Assembly: GCA_044346845.1 (NCBI GenBank)
Contig: JBIIYK010000001.1
Location: 1-58,041 of the forward strand
Length of the DNA: 58,041 bases
From: Minisyncoccia bacterium
Lineage (GTDB): Bacteria > Patescibacteriota > Minisyncoccia > Phycocordibacterales > GWA1-40-21
Direction: 5' to 3'
Shown: positions 1-8,700 of the stretch, in pieces
How the letters are laid out: every line of letters begins with the position of its first letter
Position numbering within the stretch: position 1 is the stretch's first letter
The notes under the pieces: generated by a model
What the model was told of the DNA's origin: nothing
The model's database searches: none
Seen by the model: the letters and a program-made list of their open reading frames with translations, nothing else
Translations under genes and position numbers: made by a program

Positions 1-655
1 TTGTGGCAGTAGATGTAGCTATCATCCAAGCTGGCAGTAACTTAGTTAGTTTATCTTTGTCTGTGAGGCCGTTATAAACCTTATCATTAATGACAATGGC
101 GGGGGTAGTCTTTTCTACTTTATATAACGAGATTAGGGTCTTGAGAGCTGGATTATCCAAGTTGTAATCAAAGGAGTAAATCCTTAAGTTGGGATATTGT
201 TCTCGTAAATAAGTTAAGACATAACCTTGTTGTTCACAAGCTGGGCAATCGGTAGAATAGAAATACAAGATGAATACTGGTTTAGTGCTACACTTGACGC
301 TTATTTTCTTCATTAAGAGGTAGTCCTTGATTTGGAGTAACGTGTAATAGGTTTTGAGTCTTTTTAGGTCAACACTATTCTGGCTTAAATTTGCTTCGGT
401 ATAAATTAGCTTTTGCGCTAGAGCATTAAGTTCCTGAGAAAGGATATCAGAAGAAAGGTCCTTACAGGAAGACTCGGCTAATAGGGCATATTGGGTCTCT
501 GATGACATAATATCAATAGAAATCTTATCTTCAATATCTCTTAGGCTGGCAATTTTTTTGTTATTAAAATAGTTACTAAGAATGATAGCGGTCGCAAATA
601 TAGCCACGGTAATCAGGAAGGTCCAAACATATTTTTTCCAGTTTAAATTTTTCAT
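1..655 (-). CDS. thioredoxin-fold membrane-anchored protein, 3' end runs off the window
   Basis: ATG at 655-653 on the minus strand. I translated the frame by hand and it stays open to position 2. It has an N-terminal TM segment (WTFLITVAIFATAIIL) and a CxxC redox motif (YFYSTDCPACEQQGY). It is absent from the supplied track because the window edge truncates it. Confidence 0.6.
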   Translation of the reverse strand, partial: MKNLNWKKYVWTFLITVAIFATAIILSNYFNNKKIASLRDIEDKISIDIMSSETQYALLAESSCKDLSSDILSQELNALAQKLIYTEANLSQNSVDLKRLKTYYTLLQIKDYLLMKKISVKCSTKPVFILYFYSTDCPACEQQGYVLTYLREQYPNLRIYSFDYNLDNPALKTLISLYKVEKTTPAIVINDKVYNGLTDKDKLTKLLPAWMIATSTAT

Positions 656-667
656 ATTTTTTAAGTA

Positions 668-1915
668 TTACCGCCAAGATGTTTTTTTTGATATTAACAC
701 GTTGTAAATAGATTTTGCCAACCAGGTAGGGTAGATAAAGGGGTAAATTATAAGAAAATAGAGTAAATCAATTTTAAGCTTAACTTTTCCCTCACTTATC
801 TTTCGGCCAGTAAGTATGAAGAATAACATTAAAGAAAAGCTGAGGATGGTCAGAAAGGTAATAACGCTGGTGTTCATATAAAACCATTCAAAGTTTAAAT
901 GAAATATATTTAGAGACTGCGGATTAAAATTTATAGCTTGCCAATTTAAAAACCAGGTTTTAATTTTTAAGGCTAAATTTAAAAGAAAAGAGCCTGAAAG
1001 CCAGAGGGTTGAGACAGCTGAAATCATCATGAGCGGTAAGATGAAAAAACCTAAATTGCCTTGGGTTTTATTAAAAAATAGTTCTCGATAATCTATAACG
1101 TTCTTAAAAAAACCGTAGGTCCAACGCAGGCGTTGGGTGAAAAGTTTTGAGAATTTATGTGGAGCAATGGTGTAAACAAAGGCGGTATGACAATTTCTTA
1201 TTTTATAACCATTTTTCTGTAGGCGCATAGCCATTTCCATGTCTTCTGTGTTGTGTGCTTCTTTATATGGTCCAAGATTTATAAATACTTCTCTGCGAAA
1301 AAAAGAAAACGGTCCTGGTGTGACGTATAGAGCATCCATAAAAGAGAGCATTTTTCTTAGGAAAATACCCCAATCGTATTCTACTTTTTGAACTTTTCTC
1401 AAAATATTATCTGGCTCGTGTATTTTGATGGATGGAATTACAGACATAATTTCTTTATCTGAAAAGTAAGAAACAATGTCTCTTAGTGCTTCTGGATTTA
1501 CAAAAGAGTCGGCGTCTAGACAGCCTATGATTTCGCTTGTTGATCGGCTGATGGCGTAATTTAGTGCGGTGTGTTTTCCACCATTCTCTTTTTTGTAAAG
1601 CTCTATCACGGGATTATCTTTGTATTTCTGAATTAAATTCCAGGTATTGTCTGTACTACCATCATCTATCACCATGATTTTAAGCTTGTCTTTAGGGTAA
1701 TCTAAGGCTAAGAGTGACTCAATAGTTCCAAAAATACTTTCTTCTTCATTAAAACAAGGTACTACAATAGTTGCGGTTAGAAAATTTGTGAATGGTAAGT
1801 CAGTTTTCTTCGCCATCATTCCTTTGTTCTCTAGGAACGTTATAAGTAGAAAAACCTCAAAAAAGAGTGAAATAAAAAGAAAGACACAAACTATGAGGTT
1901 TGGTAGCTCTAACAT
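668..1915 (-). CDS. family 2 glycosyltransferase, processive membrane-embedded type
   Basis: 415 aa. GT2 signatures VVPCFNEEESI, VIDDGSTD, CLDADSF and the QRLRW (QxxRW) motif, plus N- and C-terminal TM segments. Confidence 0.85.
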   Translation of the reverse strand: MLELPNLIVCVFLFISLFFEVFLLITFLENKGMMAKKTDLPFTNFLTATIVVPCFNEEESIFGTIESLLALDYPKDKLKIMVIDDGSTDNTWNLIQKYKDNPVIELYKKENGGKHTALNYAISRSTSEIIGCLDADSFVNPEALRDIVSYFSDKEIMSVIPSIKIHEPDNILRKVQKVEYDWGIFLRKMLSFMDALYVTPGPFSFFRREVFINLGPYKEAHNTEDMEMAMRLQKNGYKIRNCHTAFVYTIAPHKFSKLFTQRLRWTYGFFKNVIDYRELFFNKTQGNLGFFILPLMMISAVSTLWLSGSFLLNLALKIKTWFLNWQAINFNPQSLNIFHLNFEWFYMNTSVITFLTILSFSLMLFFILTGRKISEGKVKLKIDLLYFLIIYPFIYPTWLAKSIYNVLISKKTSWR

Positions 1916-1917
1916 GG

Positions 1918-2676
1918 TTAAATAGTATCATTTTTTAAGAGTTTTATCAACTTTACCTTGGTGTCTTCTGGATCGGCTACTTTAATAGTTTCTACCCCCA
2001 TTAGGAAGACCGGATAGTCGTTTCCATGCTCATAAACAGCATCACCAAAGAAAATAGCATCCTCCTTGTTAAGACTAAGATAATTTAAAAGCTTGGTCAT
2101 AGCGTAGGCTTTATCCATCCCTTTGGGAGTAATATCAATAGAGGTAGATCCACCAATTTTTACCTCAAATTTTGGTAATTTTTTCATCAATTTATCTTGG
2201 AGAGCTATTCTTTTTTTAAAATCTGGATCCCAGTTGTGTTTTTGGTCTACCGGAGCATCTACTCCTAAAGCGGCGTAGGTTATCTGCGATTCTCTGTCTT
2301 GAATTTCTCGGCCCTGGCTTACGTTGTCCCTTAATTCTAAGTCTTCTTGGTCGACTTCTTTGATTGCCTTAATTATCTCCTCTTTTTCTTCCAGCGTTAG
2401 AAGATGTGAAGAAATTTCTTTCCAGCTACCATCAAAAATCCATAGACTTCCACCGTTAGTGGGTAAGATGACAAGATTTTTATTAAAATCATTATTAAAT
2501 CCTATTTCGTCAAGAATTTGTTTCTTTATATCCAGGAAGGATTCACCAGAAATAATTCCAACTTTCTTTGTTGTTAGTAATTTTCTAATAATGTCAGCCA
2601 TTTCTGAATCTATTAAACTGCGGCTCTTTGTTAGAGTCTGATCTATATCAAAGGCAATTAATTTTTTCTCAATCAT
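1918..2676 (-). CDS. HAD-superfamily hydrolase, subfamily IIB (Cof/PMM-like phosphatase)
   Basis: DxDxT motif FDIDQTLT 10 aa after the Met at 2676, and a C-terminal GDAVYEHGNDYP motif. The track ORF extends to 2709, but that would overlap the promoter of the divergent giant gene. Confidence 0.75.
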   Translation of the reverse strand: MIEKKLIAFDIDQTLTKSRSLIDSEMADIIRKLLTTKKVGIISGESFLDIKKQILDEIGFNNDFNKNLVILPTNGGSLWIFDGSWKEISSHLLTLEEKEEIIKAIKEVDQEDLELRDNVSQGREIQDRESQITYAALGVDAPVDQKHNWDPDFKKRIALQDKLMKKLPKFEVKIGGSTSIDITPKGMDKAYAMTKLLNYLSLNKEDAIFFGDAVYEHGNDYPVFLMGVETIKVADPEDTKVKLIKLLKNDTI

Positions 2677-2708
2677 GGATATATTGTAGCACAAATTATT
2701 AATAATCA

Positions 2709-2717
2709 TGATATAAT
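2709..2717 (+). promoter_or_regulatory. extended -10 box TGATATAAT for the giant glucan synthase gene
   Basis: TGaTATAAT ends 10 nt before the ATG at 2728, with no SD in between. This implies a 5' UTR of only a few nt. Confidence 0.5.
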
Positions 2718-2727
2718 AGACCGTAAT

Positions 2728-5700
2728 ATGAATGCTTTAAAAGATGAGAATGGACTTTCCATTAAAATTAAGAAAAAAGCTCAAGACCTGGGGGAAAAGG
2801 TTCTGATAGTGTCTAAACCAGAAAAAGCCAAAAACTTTTTGTCTCTGATTAAAAGAGACGCTGTTCAAACTAAGAAAACATATAATAAGCTCATTGGTCA
2901 GGTTAAAATCTATAAGCACTTAACTCATGAGGTTGAAAGTATTTTTGATAATTATTATATAGTAGATAGCGCTATTTCTGATATCTTAAACACAGATGTT
3001 GGGAAAGGTTTTAAAAATCTAGTTCAGTTTGAAAAAAAACCAGATATTTTTATCCCTAGAATGCATTTTATTCTTTCTGAACTGCTAAAAGTAACTGAAT
3101 ATAAAATAGATCGTGAGTCATTATATTTGTTTTTACGTATTTATCAGACTAAGGCTCATATTTCTATCAGAGAATTAAGTTTTGTTCCTTTTTTTCTCAG
3201 GATTATTTTAACTGAGAATATTGAACGGACGATGTATAAAACCGTAGCTTCTCTTAATGATTTTAAAGAGGCGGAATACTGGTTTGGTCAGATAGTAAAA
3301 AGAGGGGATGATAAAGGAAAAGATTATTCTAAAATTACTTCAGATCTGACTTTAAAGTATGGCGTCGTTCCAATTAATTTGGGCTTCTATCTTCTTCAGA
3401 GACTTTCTCAGTATGGTCCAGATACTAGACCGATAGTGAAATGGTTAAAGCTTAACTTGCTTAAGCAGGGTATTGATATTTCAGACTTGGCAGAGATAGA
3501 AAATAAACGTCAAAATGATATTTCAAATCAAATTTTTAATACAATAAACAGTTTACGTTGGATAAATCAAGTCCGTTGGGATGATTTTGTTGTTGATGTA
3601 AATATTGTAGATTCGTTTTTAATAAAAGATCCAACTGGTATTTACGCTTCTCTTGATCAGGCTAGTCAGAGTGCGTATAGAAATGAAGTTGTTAAGATAA
3701 GTGATCAGGCGGGAATTTATGAATCAGAAGTGGTTAAGGTTGCTTTGCGTTTATGTCAGCAGTCTTTAGCAGATAATAAACTCACAGATAATCCAGAGAA
3801 TCATGTTGGGTTTTATTTGGTTGGTGGCGGACGCGCAGAACTTGAAAAGAAAATAGGTTATCAAAAACCATTTTTAGAAAAATTACAGTCATTTGTTATA
3901 AAGAATTCTTCAATGGTTTATGTTAGCACTATTTTCTCAATCAACTTTATTTTGACGTTTATTTTCTTTACTTCTTTTACTTTACTCATTAATCAAACTA
4001 CCGCATTTTTTGTTCTAATTTTTCTAGCTTTTATAATTAATTGTGACGTGGCCATTAATTTAGTCAACATATTTATAAGTTCACTTATTCCTGTTAGGGC
4101 TTTGTTTCGTCTGGACCTTTCTTCTGGTGTATCGTTAAAACAAGCCACGTTTGTGGTTATACCGTCTATGTTTCGTGGCGGTAATGATGCATCCGCGTTA
4201 CTTAGGCGTCTTGAGGTAAATTTTTTAGGCAATAATGCTGAAAATGTTTATTTTGCTCTGCTTATGGATTTTAAAGATTCCAAGACAGAAAAAACTGTTT
4301 TTGATCAAAATTTAATTGATCAAATTTGCCTTGGAATAGAAGAATTAAATAATAAATATCCTGGAACGGTAAAAAAGTTTTACCTATTTTTTCGAAAAAG
4401 AGTTTGGAATCCTCAAGAGAATGTATTTATGGGCTGGGAGAGAAAGAGAGGAAAGCTTCGTGAGTTTAATCTCTTTTTACGAAATAAAAGAGAGACTTCG
4501 TATGTTGGAAGCTTGCCGGTTGATTTACCACATATTAAATACGTTCTTACTATTGATGAAGATACACGGTTACCAAAGGATTCTGCCATAAAACTTATCG
4601 GCTGTATTGATCACCCACTTAATCGGCCAGTAATTGATCTTTCTTCTGGTAGGGTAAAAAGTGGCTATGGAATAATCCAACCAAGAATGACTACTAAATT
4701 TAGTCAGGCTGGTGCCACACTCTTTTCTCGTCTATTTTCTTCTGCCGCTGGAATAGATTCTTACTCTGGACCAGTGGCTGACGTTTATCAAGATTTGTTT
4801 AATAACAGCATATTTTATGGTAAAGGTATTTATGACGTTGATGTTATGGAGGTTGTGATCGGGGACAGAATCCCAGAAAATCAAGTTTTAAGTCACGACC
4901 TACTTGAGGGTTTATATACCAGAGTTGGTTTTGCGACGGACATCTCATTGTTTGAGGGTTTTCCTGAAAGTTACAGGGAATATATTCTTAGAATGAATCG
5001 TTGGATTCGTGGTGATTGGCAGATTATTGGTTGGCTTAGCAATAATATTTCAAGGGGTAAGGGTTTCTCTCTAAGTGATAAATGGAAGATTTTTGATAAT
5101 TTACGTCGAAGTATTTTACCAATTTTTATTGTTTGTTTTGTCTTGTTTTCTTATTTAGTCTTCCCTGATTTATCTTTCTCTCCTATATTTTATGCTTTAT
5201 TAATAGTTGGTTCCCCTTTTATTATTTCGTATCTATTTAAACTATTGGAGTGGCCGAAAGAGATGAGTTTGTTTATGAAAATTAATAGCATTTTTAGTAA
5301 CTTGGGTTCAGTTATCTGGCAGACTCTATTTCGTTTTATTTTCATTCTAGATCAAGCTGTGACTTCGTTTGGGGCTGTTAGTGTTTCTATGTTTAGAATG
5401 GTTTTTAGTCGGAAACATATGTTGCTCTGGCAAAATTCACATGAGGTTTCAAAGAGTTTACGTGGTTCGTTAGACGAGTTTATTTATATTATGTGGTCAA
5501 CGCAAATCATCTCACTGATTGGCTTGTTTGTTGTTTTTAATCCTGAAGGTTTTTTTCTTCACTTAACGTTAATTTTGTGGTTTTTTTCTCCTCTCTTTGC
5601 TTATGGAATAAGTCAAAAAGAAAAAGCATATCAGCACAAAGTTCATGATCTAAAACTTTTAAGAAAAATCGCCTGTCGTTCCTCTAGATTTTTTTTGGAA

Positions 5701-8700
5701 CTTTCCTCACGTGAGGGCAACCGTCTGATTCCTGATCATTATCAGGAGGAGCCGCTGATCAACTCTCCCGCTGCCACTTCACCTACGAATATTGGTATGC
5801 ATCTATTATCAAATTTTACTGCGTATGATTTAGGTTATATTAGTTTTTCTAATTTACTAGAACGGACTAGTGAGTTGTGTGAGAATTTAGATTCTCTTGA
5901 GCGTTTTAACGGGCATTTTTATAATTGGTATGATATACGTACCTTACAGCCCCTAGCTCCTAAATATGTTTCCAGTGTTGATAGCGCTAACTTGTTATTG
6001 GCAATAATAACTTTAAAACGTGGAATTTTGGATATTTTAGATAAACCGCTTATTAATAAATCCAGCCTTGAGGGATTTGTTGATGTACTCGCTGTTTTGG
6101 CAGAGGATGCTGATCTGATAAGTAAGGATTATTCCATCTCAAAATCAGAGAGAAGGTTGGCTCGTCATATTTATAATGAGACAGATTTTGTTCTAAATAA
6201 ATTTTTGTCTTTCCCGGCAGTCCCTTCCATTGATTATTTTACTAAAACGCTGAATATTTTCTCGGACTTCAATGAAAAAATAAAAAAAATAATCAGCAAT
6301 CTTAATTTGAGTTTAGATAAGGGTCTTTCAAATAATATTTTTTCTAGTGTTGAGCATTTTAATACTTTATTAAAGCAGCAAGTAGAAGAATTAAGTATCA
6401 ATATGTCCTATTATCAAAAACGCCGAACTCAACCAGCCGTTCGTAATGAAAAAAAGAATCAGCTGTTGATTGAAGCACTCAAGGATATTTCTTTAAAACT
6501 AGATCTTGTTCCATCACTTGAATATTTGTGCGGCAGTTTAAAAAAGGAGGTCGAAAACCTAAATCTTGTTTCCCTTATTCATTCTTCGGCACTGGACAAT
6601 AATGAAAAAGAAAACATGGAACATTGGTATCATCAGGTAATAAACGCTCTGTCTTTAGCGGAAAAACAAGCAGCCAAAAGTAAGGCTAAATATAGCCGTG
6701 TTATTCTTTCTCTAGATACTTTTTTTGATGAGACTGATTTTGCCTTTTTGTATAACAAGGAACGGGGTTTGTTTCATATTGGGTATAACGTTACTTATGG
6801 AAAAATTGATAATTCTTATTATGATTTTCTAGCCTCAGAAGCAAATTCTATTAGTTTTGTTTCAATCATAAAGAAACAGGTACCAGTAAAGCATTGGTTT
6901 TATCTTGGTCGCAAGTTGGTAAGGCTAGATATGAAAAATGTTTTGCTATCATCTTGGGGTGGTTCACTGTTTGAGTATTTAACTTCTCTGATTTTCTATA
7001 AGGTTCATAAGGAATCCTTGCTTGGTCATACAGCAAAGTTGGCTATTGAAAGTCATGTTAAATATGGGCAAAAGCACAAAGTGCCCTGGGGGATGGGGGA
7101 ATCAGCATACTCAGCGTTAGATTTAAATAATAATTATCAGTATCAGATTTTTGGTCACCCTTCTTTGGGTTTTAAGCGTGATCTGAAAGATTATTTAGTG
7201 GTGGCTCCTTATACTACTATTATGTCACTAGCTTTCAAGCCGAGAGCGGCTATTAGTAATTTAAGAAGAATGATTAAGTCAAAATTTATTGGTCGTTACG
7301 GTTTTTATGATGCTATAGATTATACGTCAACACTTTATAATTCAACTACTCCAAAAGATAATCAACCAGCTAAGATATATTATGCCCATCACCAAGGTTT
7401 TTCCCTTCAGGCGCTAAGCAATCAAATTAATAATGATAGAATACATTCTCTTTTTATTTCTGATCCACGAGTAGAATCACTGGATACTTTATTTGAGGAA
7501 AAAATACCGTCTTCAATTCCAGCTCGACCTATAGAAAATATTGAACGTCTCAAATCTGAGTATCTGGTTAACGGAGATTCTGATGTTGAAGTTAAGCAAT
7601 TTATACCGTTACACACTTCATACCCTAGACAGGCTTTTATATCTAACGGTTCCTATCGTGTGAATATTAGTAATTCCGGAGCTGGTGGAAGTAAGGTTGC
7701 TGATCTATCTTTAACTAGATTTAGGGAGGACACTGTAGCTGAAACCTTGGGGCAGTTTATTTATTTGCAAGACACTGTTAGTGGTGATATTTGGTCGCCA
7801 ACGACTTTGCCTTGTAATGTATCTTCCGGTAAAAATAAAATAGAATATTTTGAAAATAAGGCCAGATTTACCAAGATACATAATGATCTTGAGAGTTCTT
7901 TAACTGTAGCTGTTGCTCCAGATAGTGACGTTGAATTACGTTCTTTAACTGTGACCAATCATAGTAAAGATAAAAAAAGTTTTAAGGTTACTAGTTACGG
8001 TGAAGTTTCCTTATCTAGAGGTGATGAGGATTTACATCACCCTGCATTTGAAAAATTATTTATTAAATCTGAATTTTGGCCAAAGTATAATGCCTTGGTC
8101 TATACAAGACCCAATAAAACTAAGAGGGGTACAAATCTGTATTTTGTTCATAAAGTGTCTATATCTCCTGCAGCTGAGGTTGAACCTGTACACACTACTC
8201 TTCGGAGCGAGTTTGTGTCACGGGGTGGTTTTATGCGTCTTCCTGATGTGTTATTGTCTGATAATAAATATCTAAAATCGGGTGTGGGGCATAATTTAGA
8301 TCCCATTTTCTGTTTTCAAAATAAAATTGAATTAAAAAGCAATGAAACTGTAACAATTAATTACGTGAATATTTTTGGAGACTCAAAGGATGATCTTATT
8401 AGAAATTTAAGAAAGTATTCTGGTCAGAAAAATATCAATCAGGCTATAAAAAAATCTGATAAGCTTGGAATTGAAATTATAGATAGTATGGGTATATCCC
8501 GTGACCAAGCTTTAAATTACCAAGCTCTGGCCTCTAGGCTCTTAGCGCCCCATTATTCACTCCAAACTAAAAAGTTTGAAGCGGATACGGCTGAAGCTGC
8601 TGTACAAACTTTGTGGCGCTTGGGTGTTTCTGGTGATTTGCCAATTTTAGTTGTTCGTTTTTATGATATGAAAGATTTGGCGGTTGTGAAAAATATTCTT